A DNA stretch of 64,000 nt from an uncultured Thiomicrospira sp. (lineage in GTDB: Bacteria > Pseudomonadota > Gammaproteobacteria > CAKMZV01): positions 192,001 through 256,000 of the forward strand of contig OZ239628.1 in the NCBI GenBank assembly GCA_965195345.1. The letters run 5' to 3'. The translations under genes and the position numbers were made by a program. The notes under the pieces are model-generated. The model saw nothing but the letters and a program-made list of their open reading frames with translations. It searched no databases and was not told where the DNA came from. The number at the start of each line of letters is the position of its first letter. Position 1 is the stretch's first letter. Below, one piece after another: positions 20,657 to 31,474 of the stretch.

Positions 20657-22138
20657 TCAAGAGATCTCTTCAGGAACTCTTTTTCTGATCGCTCCACAAA
20701 CAACCACAAATATTAAAACCCAAAACCATTGATACCCCAAAAACATATAGGGCGTTATTCCTTGCATTTGTGGAACGTTTTTGTTAATTATTCCATTTTG
20801 TTTTTGAGGCAATCGAGCAACCACTTCACCACTTGGGTCAATCACTGCAGAAATACCCGTATTGGTGGATCGAACAATATAACGCCCTGTCTCCTGTGCG
20901 CGTAATTGCGCCATTTGTAATAATTGATCTTGCTCTGCTGTATCGTCAAACCATGCCTCGTTACTCAGATTTAAAATAATCCCTGCAGAGGGCAGTGATT
21001 TTGCAATCTCTTGCCCAAAAGCCAGTTCATAACAAATATTAACGCCTATTTCTATGCCTTCAATGATTAGCTTAGGCTGCTTAAGAGCCCCACTATCAAA
21101 ATCAAAAACGTTAACCCCCCATACTGATAGTAATCGATTAATGAACTCTTTAAAAGGAACGTGCTCCGTGAAAGGAACAAGCCTGCGCTTGTTATACTGC
21201 CAGCTTTCTCCAAACAATATCGCCGAATTAAAAAATTTATCTTCTTGCTTCGTTAAAACACCTGATACGATCATATGTTTTTTTGCCTTGTTTAATGCAT
21301 TTACCTCTTCTATAAAGTCTTTCGCCGTTCTATGCCAATACATTGGAATGGCAGACTCAGGCCAAACAATTAAGTTCGTACCTGTAGATACATTTTTACT
21401 AAGTTGTAAATAATGTCTTAACGTGGGTTCTAAATTATTGGGGAGCCACTTTTCCTTTTGAGCAATATTTCCTTGAATAATGGCAATTTCCAGCGATTTA
21501 CCTGTTTCTTTGGTGAATTGGGTCGGCAATAACCAAATTGATATACACAGAATTGCCGCTGCTATAAGCCCGCCTTTTATTCGTGGTTGCTGTATCCAGC
21601 TAAGCATCCAAACAATCATCGTAACCCATACGAAGGAGATGCCATAAACACCAAGCCAAGGCGCGAGGTTTGACAAAAAAGTATCACTAAAAGCATAGCC
21701 CGATGTCAGCCATGGAATACCTCCGAAAAAATTCCCCTTTCCCCACTCGAGTAATGTCCAAAGAGCACCCGTACAAATGCCTTTAAAAAACCAATTACAT
21801 TCTCTATAGCGTCTTGCAAATACAGCAAACAACCCTGTGAAAAAGCTCCAGCATAAACCCAAAAAAAGAGCCATGAAAAACCCAATTATCCAAGGAAAAT
21901 TCTCAACCTCTGTACTGCTTATAATCCATTCGCCGATATGAATGAATAGACCTAAACCCCAAAAAATCCCTAAAATAAATCGTGTTTTCGCTGCTGAAAT
22001 TTTTTCAATAAGAAACAATAGCCCAATGCCAGAAATCAACAGTAATATTAAAACTTTGCTCGGCGCGAAACCAAATCCACCGATGTAACCTAATCCAAGG
22101 GCGCTTAGTAGATATAATGAGCGTAGAAACATTGCCAC
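20657..22138 (-). CDS. lnt: Apolipoprotein N-acyltransferase
   Basis: Multiple TMs, with QGNI, WPES, K.RLVPF.E, ICYE and TNTGIS motifs. Confidence 0.95.
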   Translation of the reverse strand: MAMFLRSLYLLSALGLGYIGGFGFAPSKVLILLLISGIGLLFLIEKISAAKTRFILGIFWGLGLFIHIGEWIISSTEVENFPWIIGFFMALFLGLCWSFFTGLFAVFARRYRECNWFFKGICTGALWTLLEWGKGNFFGGIPWLTSGYAFSDTFLSNLAPWLGVYGISFVWVTMIVWMLSWIQQPRIKGGLIAAAILCISIWLLPTQFTKETGKSLEIAIIQGNIAQKEKWLPNNLEPTLRHYLQLSKNVSTGTNLIVWPESAIPMYWHRTAKDFIEEVNALNKAKKHMIVSGVLTKQEDKFFNSAILFGESWQYNKRRLVPFTEHVPFKEFINRLLSVWGVNVFDFDSGALKQPKLIIEGIEIGVNICYELAFGQEIAKSLPSAGIILNLSNEAWFDDTAEQDQLLQMAQLRAQETGRYIVRSTNTGISAVIDPSGEVVARLPQKQNGIINKNVPQMQGITPYMFLGYQWFWVLIFVVVCGAIRKRVPEEIS

Positions 22139-22229
22139 ATTGTAACTATTTCACGCATTAAGTTTTGTGAAAAGCTCAGAAGTTCAATGGTATTTAGGTT
22201 ATTGAACAACTTAACGGGAAGGAAACTAT

Positions 22230-22565
22230 ATGAAAAGCATTTTTAGCAAAATACTTGATGGAGAAATACCATCTGAAATCATTTTCCAAGATGATCTTTG
22301 CTTTTGCATCCGTGACATCAATCCAAGAGCGCCCGTGCATCTTCTAATCATTCCTAAGAAACCGATCATTTCTCTCGCTCATCTTGAGGAAGACGACGAG
22401 GAGATAATTGGGCATATGTTAATGCAACTTCAACCCTTAGCTGAGCAAGCCGGCATTGGTGGGCATTTCAAAACACAGATACATACTGGATCTGGTGGTG
22501 GACAGGAAGTTTTTCATCTGCACTTTCACTTATTAGGCGATCCAACAAACATTCCAAATGACTAA
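22230..22565 (+). CDS. hinT: Histidine triad nucleotide-binding protein
   Basis: IFSKI..GEIP and HLHFHLLG motifs. Confidence 0.92.
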   Translation: MKSIFSKILDGEIPSEIIFQDDLCFCIRDINPRAPVHLLIIPKKPIISLAHLEEDDEEIIGHMLMQLQPLAEQAGIGGHFKTQIHTGSGGGQEVFHLHFHLLGDPTNIPND

Positions 22566-25215
22566 TCAGGAAAAACCCTCCGTTCTTTTGATAGATGGCT
22601 CATCATTCCTTTTTCGCTCCTATCATGCCCCCGCCTTAACGCGCTTAACAAGCCCAGACGGGCAGCCCACGGGAGCTATGTTTGGTGTTAATCGTATGAT
22701 AGATCAAATGCTTACCCTGTATCCTACAGATAAGTTTATCGTCGTTTTCGATCCACGTGGGAAAACAAGAAGGCACCAATGGCTTGAAACATACAAAGCA
22801 AATCGCCCCCCTACGCCCGCTGATCTTATTCAACAGTTTCAGCCTCTTATACAAATTATTAAGGCTCGAGGCATTCCGGTTATTACCGTTGATGGCGAAG
22901 AAGCAGACGATGTTATTGGAACTTTAACATATCGCTTTCATCGCAAAGGTTATCGTGTTTTTATTGCAACAGGCGATAAAGATATGGCTCAGTTAGTAAA
23001 TGATGACGTAAAACTGGTTAATTCCATCAAAAATCAAATGTCTCAAATGAACTCCGCTGGAGTTTTTGATAAGTTTGGTGTTCGTCCAAATCAAATAGCA
23101 GATTATTTGGCTCTCGTAGGTGATAGCGCTGATAACATCCCTGGAGTGCCTGGAGTAGGCGCGAAAACTGCGGCACGTTTATTGCAAAAATACGACAGTT
23201 TAGATGGAATTGTCAGCAATTTTGATGAAATTCCCGGCAAAGTTGGCAATTCTCTTAAAGAAAACGTTGAGCGATTTCCATTATTGAAAAAATTAACAAC
23301 TATTATTTGTGACTTAGATCTCGGGGTTGATATCGATGATCTTACTGTGACCGAACCCAACATCGACTCTCTGCGTGTTCTCTATCAACAATATGGATTC
23401 ACTGCATCCTTGCGAGCACTTGAAAAAATCAACCCACCTGTCGCTGAAACCAATGACCGTTTAGAGACTAACGTAACTTGGCTCACCCCTGATAACTTTG
23501 CGGCAATGACCGAGAAATTAGAGGCTCCTTTATGGTGCTATCCCGTTACTGTTGCGCAACATTGGCAGCCTGAAATCCTTGCTTTTATCATCGGTGATAA
23601 CACGCAAACGGGGATACTGCTCTACGATCAAAGTAACTGGCTAGATCGTATATCTGAATGGGTTCATGCTGCGACAGCAAGTGGCTCTTGGTACTGCCAT
23701 GATTTCAAGCATTTATTGCATTGCCTCGGCTGGCAAGGAACATTACCAGAAACTGATTTAATGCTTGCCTCCTACGTTCTCAACAGTGCCTCTAAACACG
23801 ACCTCATTAGCTTAAGTGCACAATGGGCGCCCAATTTTGGCGAGCAATTAAATGCGATGAGAAATATTGCATCCAAACAAGATGCTGATCAAATAAAGAA
23901 AAGCGATTGGCTACAAATAGCGGCGGAACTTGGGCAGATAATGCCTAACGTGTACCAAATGCTCAGCAAAGCATTAGGTGAAGACCAAAAGCGCAAAGAC
24001 TTGCTCAATAATATGGAGCTGCCTTTGTCCTATATTTTGTGGCAAATAGAGGCAACAGGTGTTGGTATTGATAAAAACGCTTTGTTAGAGTTTAGTTACG
24101 ACCTTAACCAGTCGATCGAAACTTTACAAGCGGATGCTTTTGCCTTGGCGAAAGAACCGTTCAACTTAGATTCTCCAAAACAAATACGCGAAGTTCTCTT
24201 TGAGCGTATGGGGTTGCCAACGATTAAAAAAACTGCTTCAGGAGAGGCTTCAACAAACGAAGAAGTTCTGCAACATCTTGCGAATAAAGGACATGAAATT
24301 GCAAGCATTATCATTCAACGTCGGCAAAAAGCGAAATTGAAATCAACATATACAGATGCGCTACAAAAACATATTGATAACATGGATCAACGCATCCATT
24401 CGCACTTTAACCAAGCAATTGCCAATACAGGAAGACTGTCATCCAGCCACCCAAATTTACAAAATATCCCAATAAAAGGCGAAGACGGTAAGCGCCTACG
24501 AAAATCTTTTATTGCGACGATGAACAGAAAACTGTTATCTGCTGACTATTCACAAATTGAACTACGCATCCTAGCACACATGTGCGATGATCAAAATATG
24601 CAAAAGGCCTTTGCTGAAGGCAAGGACATCCACTCTGCCACTGCATCAGAATTATTCCACATAGCCGTTGATGAGATTACCAGCGATCAGAGGCGCTATG
24701 CAAAAACAATTAACTTTGGACTTATTTATGGCATGGGTGCTTTTAGCCTATCAAACCAGCTTGGCGTAGACCGAAAAGAAGCAGAAGAATACATTAAACT
24801 ATATTTCCTAAAATACCCGAACGTCCTTAAATATATGGAAGAAAGCCGCCAATTTGCAAAAAATAACGGCTATATTGAAACCTTTTTAGGTCGCAAAATT
24901 ACACTGCCTGATATTAATTCCAAGCATCATGCGATTCGACAATACGCTGAACGTGCCGCCATTAATGCGCCCATTCAAGGAGCTGCAGCAGATATCATAA
25001 AAATGGCAATGATATCCATGTACGAACTACTGCATGCCGAAACCGATATACTAATGACTTTGCAAATTCACGATGAACTGCTGTTCGAAGTCGACGCTTC
25101 TATGGTGGAACATTACTCAGCGTTGATCCGCAAAACGATGGAGGGAGTAACCACACTAAAAGTGCCCTTGAAAGTCGATATTGGTATTGGTGATAATTGG
25201 GCACAAGCCCATTAA
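22558..25215 (+). CDS. polA: DNA polymerase I
   Basis: 5'-3' exonuclease (LIDGSS, EADDVIG, GDSADNIPGVPGVG) and Pol A motifs (ADYSQIELR, KTINFGLIYG, QIHDEL). Confidence 0.98.
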   Translation: MTNQEKPSVLLIDGSSFLFRSYHAPALTRLTSPDGQPTGAMFGVNRMIDQMLTLYPTDKFIVVFDPRGKTRRHQWLETYKANRPPTPADLIQQFQPLIQIIKARGIPVITVDGEEADDVIGTLTYRFHRKGYRVFIATGDKDMAQLVNDDVKLVNSIKNQMSQMNSAGVFDKFGVRPNQIADYLALVGDSADNIPGVPGVGAKTAARLLQKYDSLDGIVSNFDEIPGKVGNSLKENVERFPLLKKLTTIICDLDLGVDIDDLTVTEPNIDSLRVLYQQYGFTASLRALEKINPPVAETNDRLETNVTWLTPDNFAAMTEKLEAPLWCYPVTVAQHWQPEILAFIIGDNTQTGILLYDQSNWLDRISEWVHAATASGSWYCHDFKHLLHCLGWQGTLPETDLMLASYVLNSASKHDLISLSAQWAPNFGEQLNAMRNIASKQDADQIKKSDWLQIAAELGQIMPNVYQMLSKALGEDQKRKDLLNNMELPLSYILWQIEATGVGIDKNALLEFSYDLNQSIETLQADAFALAKEPFNLDSPKQIREVLFERMGLPTIKKTASGEASTNEEVLQHLANKGHEIASIIIQRRQKAKLKSTYTDALQKHIDNMDQRIHSHFNQAIANTGRLSSSHPNLQNIPIKGEDGKRLRKSFIATMNRKLLSADYSQIELRILAHMCDDQNMQKAFAEGKDIHSATASELFHIAVDEITSDQRRYAKTINFGLIYGMGAFSLSNQLGVDRKEAEEYIKLYFLKYPNVLKYMEESRQFAKNNGYIETFLGRKITLPDINSKHHAIRQYAERAAINAPIQGAAADIIKMAMISMYELLHAETDILMTLQIHDELLFEVDASMVEHYSALIRKTMEGVTTLKVPLKVDIGIGDNWAQAH

Positions 25216-25219
25216 AAAT

Positions 25220-26737
25220 TTACTGACTCAAATCAGCAAGAAAGTCTACAATTTTTAGCCGTTGAACCTTTCCAGAAGGTCCTTTAGGTAGCGCGCTTAC
25301 AAAGTGAATTTTACGCGGTGCCTTGAACCCCCCAACGCTCTCCTCACAAAGACTGATGAAAGACGCCTCTTCAACGCTTACCCCTTCCTTACACACCACG
25401 CATGCCTCAACATCTTGCCCGTACTTCGCACAAGGAACGGCAAAGCAAGCTGCCTCTATGACATGAGGATGGGTATATAAAACTTCATCTATTTCTCGCG
25501 GAGCAATATTCTCCCCGCCCTTAATAATAAGCTCTTTTATCCTACCGGTAACTTGAATATAGCCTTCTTCATCGATCGTCCCGATATCCCCACTACGATA
25601 CCAACCATCCGATGTAAAAGCAGCAATGGTTGCTTGATCATTTTTATGATACCCTTGCATAACATTTCTACCCAAAACCTGTATTTCTCCCTCCTCTCCA
25701 ACGTGGCATTGCTCGTTTCTTTCATTAGCAATGCGCACCTCATTACCAAAGGGTCGCCCAACAGTTCCTATTTTGCGTTTTTTGGGAGGTCTTGGGTTTG
25801 AAAGGATTTGAGCGGCCGTTTCTGTGATGCCCATTGTTTCAATGATTGGAATGTTAAGATGTTTTTCAAGAATCCGATGCGTTTCCATTGGTAAAGGAGC
25901 GGAGGCAGATCGAATAAATTGTAAAGATGTTATATCGAAATCTTGCAATTTAATCGCCTTCTCTCCTCCTTCGATCGCATAGATCAGAAAGTTCAACATC
26001 GTTGGAACGACACTTACCCATGTAACCCGGTTTTCTTCAATACAAGGGAAAAAACCACTTACACTAAATTGCTTAGCAAGAACAAGCGTTGAACCACACA
26101 CCAATGTGGACATGACGCTAACGCACTGCGCATTGATATGGAACAGAGGCAACACACACATCCCCACATCATCACTAGAAAGCGCATGTGCATTTGCTGA
26201 ATTTTCTCCCCCCGCAATCATGTTGTCATGCGTTAAAACGACCCCTTTAGGATCACCAGTTGTTCCACTTGTGTACATAAGCAGTGCCTGATCCTGCTCA
26301 TCTTGCGCAGGAATCTCTTTGCTCGCGCGCTCAAAAACGTTATCATCCACAATTTGAATTTTAGGACTGAAATTAAGCTCCAAGGTTGCGATTAAGTCCG
26401 CTCTTTCCGAGTCAACAAAAATAATTGGCGGTTGCGCATGATTTAAAACATACGTCATTGCCTTTTTACCAGATACTAAGTTTAATGACAAGAAAACGCG
26501 TCCTGCAGCCATAGTAGAAAGTAATAATTCAAGCGCCTCTTTTGAGTTTGGCAGAGCAAGCGCCACGATACTTTTTGGCTTGATATTATGGTGTTCAAAA
26601 AAGGCATGCACCTTTAGTGCTGTTCTTAATAGCTGAGAATAGCTAACGCGCTTTCCACTCTCTGGAAAGATGAAAGCAGATTTTTCAGGATGTTTTTCTG
26701 CCCAATGTTCCAAATATGCCGCAACAGTTCTTTTCAT
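25220..26737 (-). CDS. sauT: AMP-binding ligase, probable sulfoacetate-CoA ligase
   Basis: YTSGTTGDPKG, SASAP, IIKGGENIAPRE and LPKGPSGK motifs, coupled to a sauS-like gene. Confidence 0.75.
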   Translation of the reverse strand: MKRTVAAYLEHWAEKHPEKSAFIFPESGKRVSYSQLLRTALKVHAFFEHHNIKPKSIVALALPNSKEALELLLSTMAAGRVFLSLNLVSGKKAMTYVLNHAQPPIIFVDSERADLIATLELNFSPKIQIVDDNVFERASKEIPAQDEQDQALLMYTSGTTGDPKGVVLTHDNMIAGGENSANAHALSSDDVGMCVLPLFHINAQCVSVMSTLVCGSTLVLAKQFSVSGFFPCIEENRVTWVSVVPTMLNFLIYAIEGGEKAIKLQDFDITSLQFIRSASAPLPMETHRILEKHLNIPIIETMGITETAAQILSNPRPPKKRKIGTVGRPFGNEVRIANERNEQCHVGEEGEIQVLGRNVMQGYHKNDQATIAAFTSDGWYRSGDIGTIDEEGYIQVTGRIKELIIKGGENIAPREIDEVLYTHPHVIEAACFAVPCAKYGQDVEACVVCKEGVSVEEASFISLCEESVGGFKAPRKIHFVSALPKGPSGKVQRLKIVDFLADLSQ

Positions 26738-28128
26738 GAATGATTTTTAGCAATATATTCGCCTAATATTGAAGCGACTGTCGGCTCGTCTACCTCAATT
26801 TCTCGGATAATTCGAGTGACGTTCATGAAGTGCTCGACATTAAGATTAGTAGAAATTGAATTCTTTCCCCAACTGCCACAACCCATTGATAGTGAAAAGG
26901 GCATTCCATTATTAAAAGCACCTCCTGTAGCAATAGAGTGCGCTTGATTAACTATCACTCGACAGGTCGGTAAATCAAGACCCAATTGAAGAATGTTCTC
27001 TTCATCATTGCTGTGGATTCCAAGCGAATGTCCAGCGCCTTGAACCTCGAGCAATTGATTTGCCAAGTGCTTCGCCTCGCTAAAATCACGGACCTTGAAA
27101 AGGGTAAGCACAGGAGACATCCGCTCTCGACAAAACGGGTGATTCAAGTTGTTTTTATCATGCTCAACAACCAGCATACTCGTCAACTCTGAGCTCTCAA
27201 TTCCTACTGCTTTCGCTAGCGTATTTGCTGATTGAGCAATCAACCCAACGTTTAATTTACCCTCGGGCCACAACCCATCAAGAAGCTGTTGCCTTTGTGT
27301 TAAATTCAATAACAGCCCGCCTTGCTTTTGCAATGCTTTGATAAAATCTTGGTAATGCTCTTCCAAACAAATGACGTTATTTTCAGACGAACATGAAGTG
27401 GCATTATCGAACGTTTTCGACCGCTTAATTTTTTCCGCTACATTCTCAACATCGGCACTTGCATCAATAATCGTTGTAACATTACCTGTACCAACTCCTA
27501 TTGTAGAAGTCCCGCTGGAATAAGCCCTGCGAACATTGCTTTGTGATCCAGTTACTACAACAAAATCAACGATTTGCATTAGCTCTTGGACGTCTGATTT
27601 GTTGACTGGCATGGGCATTTGCTGCACCAAATGACGCGGTGCGCCAATCTTGTCGAACTCTTGATGTATGTATCCTATCAATATCTTCGCAACGTCTGCC
27701 CCTTTGGGTGAGGGTGCAACAATAACAGCATTGCCACATTTAAGCGAATTAATAATCTTGTTGACTGGTGTCGCAATTGGATTGGTTGACGGAGTTAGTG
27801 CCGCAACCACACCCAAAGGGCGTGCAATCTCTGTTATTCCTTTTTTAGGGTTTTCAGAAATAATCCCTGTCGTTTTCCGCCCTCGCAGGTCACGTAACAA
27901 TCCCAACGTTTTCCGATGGTTTTTGACAACCTTGTCGGCAACGTTGCCGAGCCCCGTATCTGCAACGGCCTTTTCTGAAAGCAATTGATTGCGCTTTGGC
28001 TCCATAACAGCCCACGCAACCGCATGCGTTAGCTCATCAAGACTCTTTTGAGAATAGCCCACAATTTGTTGTTGTGCCAATTGCGCTTGCTTTACAAGTG
28101 TGGGTATTTCTTTTGAAGAATCGTGCAT
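26734..28128 (-). CDS. sauS: Acylating sulfoacetaldehyde dehydrogenase
   Basis: CoA-acylating ALDH with DTGLGNV.DK..KNHRKTLGLLRDL, SKTFDNATSCSSEN and PFSLSMGCGSWG, resembling SauS as I recall it. Confidence 0.8.
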   Translation of the reverse strand: MHDSSKEIPTLVKQAQLAQQQIVGYSQKSLDELTHAVAWAVMEPKRNQLLSEKAVADTGLGNVADKVVKNHRKTLGLLRDLRGRKTTGIISENPKKGITEIARPLGVVAALTPSTNPIATPVNKIINSLKCGNAVIVAPSPKGADVAKILIGYIHQEFDKIGAPRHLVQQMPMPVNKSDVQELMQIVDFVVVTGSQSNVRRAYSSGTSTIGVGTGNVTTIIDASADVENVAEKIKRSKTFDNATSCSSENNVICLEEHYQDFIKALQKQGGLLLNLTQRQQLLDGLWPEGKLNVGLIAQSANTLAKAVGIESSELTSMLVVEHDKNNLNHPFCRERMSPVLTLFKVRDFSEAKHLANQLLEVQGAGHSLGIHSNDEENILQLGLDLPTCRVIVNQAHSIATGGAFNNGMPFSLSMGCGSWGKNSISTNLNVEHFMNVTRIIREIEVDEPTVASILGEYIAKNHS

Positions 28129-28159
28129 CGTATTATTTTGATTTTTCTGCCACTGACTT

Positions 28160-28187
28160 GCCCCTCTCTTTAGATTAAGAGAGGGGC
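28160..28187 (-). terminator. Intergenic stem-loop after tctC
   Basis: GCCCCTCTCTT-tagatt-AAGAGAGGGGC, a perfect 11-bp stem with no U-tract directly after it. May be a stabiliser or attenuator. Confidence 0.6.
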
Positions 28188-28194
28188 TTCTCGT

Positions 28195-29175
28195 TTACAA
28201 ATCTTTAAGCAACTCTTTGAGAAATGCTTCCCGCTTTTTCCACATAGCGGCAACTTCTTCTCTATTCATAATGCGAACGGGCGACCCGCCTGCTTTCATG
28301 CGCTTATCAACACGCGCATTCGCAAACATTTTAGGAAAAGCACCCGCCAATCGATTAACAACCTCTTTTGGCGTGCCTTTGCGTACCATAACGCCCCTGA
28401 AGTTCACACTAGAATCATCAACATTTACGCCTTGTTCTTTAAACGTCGGCACATCAGGCAAAAATTCCGTATTACGGTTATTATCCGCTACGGCAATGAT
28501 TTTCAAGTTAGCGCGACTGCGATAAGCATCTGATAGATTATTAATCCCCGCCATAACATGCCCGCCCATAACTGATTTTAATGCGCCCGCTCCACCTTTT
28601 TTATCAGGCACATAGGTTAACTTTGTTCCTGTCTCTTTTTGAATTTGCAAAAAGGCAATATGATGACCCACAAACAACCCCGCACCAGATATCGTCATCT
28701 TTCTTGGATTGTTTTTAGCAAACTTCACAAAATCATTAAGATTATTAATCGGACTGTCTTTACTCACAATCAAAACCGCTGGATCCGCGCCCCAGTTTGC
28801 AATCGGCTCTAAGTTATTTATATTGTACTTCGTCTTGAATTTTATAGATTGCGCAATAAAATGCGGGACGTTATATGCTGACAATTCATAACCATCCGTT
28901 TTTGCTTTGGAAGCATACTGATTCCAACCCTTTCGTCCTCCCGCCCCAGGGCGATTAAGAATGACTATAGGTTGTCCAAGATACTCCTCATTACCAGCAA
29001 CCATTGTTACAATCCTTGCTTGGAAATCAGTGGCCCCGCCAGCGCCGTAAGAAACGGACAAACTAATTGGTCTATCTGGAAAGTCTTCTGCCTGAACAGA
29101 CGTTGAAAGCAATCCAATACCCGCTATTAATGCGAAAAAAGCAGTAACAAGCGATTTGTATTTTTTAATAATCAT
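28195..29175 (-). CDS. tctC: Tripartite tricarboxylate transporter substrate-binding protein (TctC/Bug)
   Basis: Signal peptide, FP.RPI, GGATD..AR, N.PGAGG and PDVPTFKEQG motifs. Confidence 0.92.
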   Translation of the reverse strand: MIIKKYKSLVTAFFALIAGIGLLSTSVQAEDFPDRPISLSVSYGAGGATDFQARIVTMVAGNEEYLGQPIVILNRPGAGGRKGWNQYASKAKTDGYELSAYNVPHFIAQSIKFKTKYNINNLEPIANWGADPAVLIVSKDSPINNLNDFVKFAKNNPRKMTISGAGLFVGHHIAFLQIQKETGTKLTYVPDKKGGAGALKSVMGGHVMAGINNLSDAYRSRANLKIIAVADNNRNTEFLPDVPTFKEQGVNVDDSSVNFRGVMVRKGTPKEVVNRLAGAFPKMFANARVDKRMKAGGSPVRIMNREEVAAMWKKREAFLKELLKDL

Positions 29176-29236
29176 AACGATTCTCCTTTAAAGTTAAATG
29201 TGTAAAAATTTACACGCATCTTCACCACAATTCTGT

Positions 29237-29719
29237 TTACAAAATCCAGCCTCTTGGCGTCTGCACTTGAAGCAGTACACTAAACAGCAAATATACAACT
29301 ATAACAAATCCCATAGCAAAAAGCCCATCTTTGATTACAGCGGGTAACCACGCGCTTTTTTGCGCAATAGCATTCCTAATCTGCGCAGAATACATGTAAA
29401 CTGTTAGCAGCATGAAACCGAAACATACCATATAAAACCCAACCGTTTCTGCCACCGTAACCAAAACGATCGACGCAATAAACCCTGGCATGAAATTGCG
29501 TATTGCACGGCGATTGATTTTTATTTCTCCCGTCCCTTTAAACTGCGAAATAAAAAAATCGGCAACAGTTGTTATTAGCATAACTGCAACGACCACCTTA
29601 GGAAATAAATACGCTTGACCATCGTCCTCGAAGAACGTGGCACCTGTCACTACAATAGCGACCGCCAGTAAAACTAAATTAGTGATAACTGGCGAGATTT
29701 TCAACGGTTGCTCTTTCAT
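29237..29719 (-). CDS. tctB: TTT small membrane subunit TctB
   Basis: 4-5 TMs, FP motif, C-terminal F...L.V.TP.G, between tctA and tctC. Confidence 0.88.
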   Translation of the reverse strand: MKEQPLKISPVITNLVLLAVAIVVTGATFFEDDGQAYLFPKVVVAVMLITTVADFFISQFKGTGEIKINRRAIRNFMPGFIASIVLVTVAETVGFYMVCFGFMLLTVYMYSAQIRNAIAQKSAWLPAVIKDGLFAMGFVIVVYLLFSVLLQVQTPRGWIL

Positions 29720-31209
29720 CTTGTTGTTTTCTTTTGCTTCTGATTGCTCCAAAGGCTATACCCCATAGAAAATATACATAGCGAAATTAACAGGGCATTG
29801 AGTGGTCCTAATAAAAAGTAGTCAATCATCCCGTCGGTAGCATTTGCAATAATTGATCCTTGTACAAAATTCGACTCTGCTATCGGTCCCAAAACCAAAC
29901 CCAACACCAAGGGTGCGCTACGCAAACCGACACCTTCGAGAATCCACATTCCTAAGCCCAACCCTAACATAACAATCACGTCGGAATAGGAATGTTGTAC
30001 GCTATATGTTCCAAAAACAGCAAGCACCATTATTGATGGTGCCAGAAAACGCTTGGGGATTTTAATCACTTTCGCCGCAAGCCCACTCAGGGCAATACCA
30101 AAGATCACCATTAGTATTTGACCGACGAGCAATGAATCAATAAACGTCCAAACAACCTCTGGATAATCCATAAATAACGATGGACCAGGAAATATTCCAT
30201 GAATCAACAACCCTCCCAAAAGGACAGCCGCCGTAGGGCTTCCGGGAACGCTTAAAGTAAGCAGAGGAACCAGAGATGGACCGACCATTGAATTGTTTGC
30301 TGCCTCTGCTGCGACAATCCCATCAGGCTCTCCTTTACCAAAATTCTCACGAAACTTTGAAAATTTACGCGCCTGATCCCACGAAACCAGCCCTGCAATT
30401 TGTCCTCCTGCTCCGGGAATTAGCCCGATAAAGACTCCGATAATACTGCCTATGCTTAACGCACGAACTCTTGAAAAACAAAGACGGATAGAGTCCATTA
30501 CGGGTTGCTTCTCGGTAACAAATAAATCTTTTTGCTTCTCTTGAATTGTTTCAGCGAACATTAACAGAATTTGTGGAATAGCAAATAAGCCGATTAATGC
30601 AGGAATAATATGAATGCCTCCTTCCAAGTGCTCACTAAAGACAAATCGCTCAACGCCTTGTATTCCATCGTAACCAATCGTTGAAAGCCATAAACCTAAA
30701 GCCCCTGATGCAAGCCCTTTCATCATCGATGAAGAATCTAACGTCGCAATCACAGTAACACCAAGAATAGCGACCCAAAACAGATGGCTTGGTCCAAAAC
30801 CCAGCGCAAAGTTTGCAAGAACAGGAGTGAAAAAAATCAGCACAAAAACACCAAGAATACCCCCTATAGCTGAGCTAATAAAACATAAGTGCAGCGCCTT
30901 AGTTGCTTCATTTTTTGAAGCCATCGCATGACCGTCAAGCGTTGTTGCTATGTTCGCAGGAGCTCCCGGAATTTTAAGAAGAATGGCGCTAACAGCCCCG
31001 CCAGCGACCGTTGAGGTATAAGCCGCACCAAGTAAAATCAACCCACTGGTTGAGCTCATGTGGAATGTAAATGGAATAAGCAGCGCGACAGTCATTGTTG
31101 GGCTCAGTCCAGGCGTTGCCCCAAGCAAAAGACCGATAACCGTCCCAGCAACCAAAATCATAAAGTTTAACGGTTCAAAAACATTGCCAAAGTAGGTTAA
31201 AAATTCCAT
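29716..31209 (-). CDS. tctA: TTT large permease TctA
   Basis: G..PGL, IPG.PA...T.LDG, A.EAANN and GLLIHGI.PGP motifs. Confidence 0.93.
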   Translation of the reverse strand: MEFLTYFGNVFEPLNFMILVAGTVIGLLLGATPGLSPTMTVALLIPFTFHMSSTSGLILLGAAYTSTVAGGAVSAILLKIPGAPANIATTLDGHAMASKNEATKALHLCFISSAIGGILGVFVLIFFTPVLANFALGFGPSHLFWVAILGVTVIATLDSSSMMKGLASGALGLWLSTIGYDGIQGVERFVFSEHLEGGIHIIPALIGLFAIPQILLMFAETIQEKQKDLFVTEKQPVMDSIRLCFSRVRALSIGSIIGVFIGLIPGAGGQIAGLVSWDQARKFSKFRENFGKGEPDGIVAAEAANNSMVGPSLVPLLTLSVPGSPTAAVLLGGLLIHGIFPGPSLFMDYPEVVWTFIDSLLVGQILMVIFGIALSGLAAKVIKIPKRFLAPSIMVLAVFGTYSVQHSYSDVIVMLGLGLGMWILEGVGLRSAPLVLGLVLGPIAESNFVQGSIIANATDGMIDYFLLGPLNALLISLCIFSMGYSLWSNQKQKKTTR

Positions 31210-31474
31210 ATACAAGTTTTCTAATGTTTGTTTGCTAAAAAATCACACGGGATGAATTTGGATGAAATATAAAAGCTATATTCTATTTATTATGTCAGAA
31301 TAAAATTTTTATGTGTGTTTTTTTAATAAACGATTTCATCTATAACGACATTTATACCACCTATGCTTAGTAAAGCCTCAGATAATGGCATAGTTTCGAC
31401 GCAGTTCCTAATTGTTTTTAAATCGCCTCTCACTCAGAACCGTTCTATGCAAAAAAACCAGCACCTTTACTTTT

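Noticed and set aside
31250-31340. GGATGAA direct repeat and GATGAAAT/ATTTCATC inverted pair upstream of tctA
   Set aside because: The arms are short and far apart in very AT-rich DNA, so this is insufficient to call an operator.
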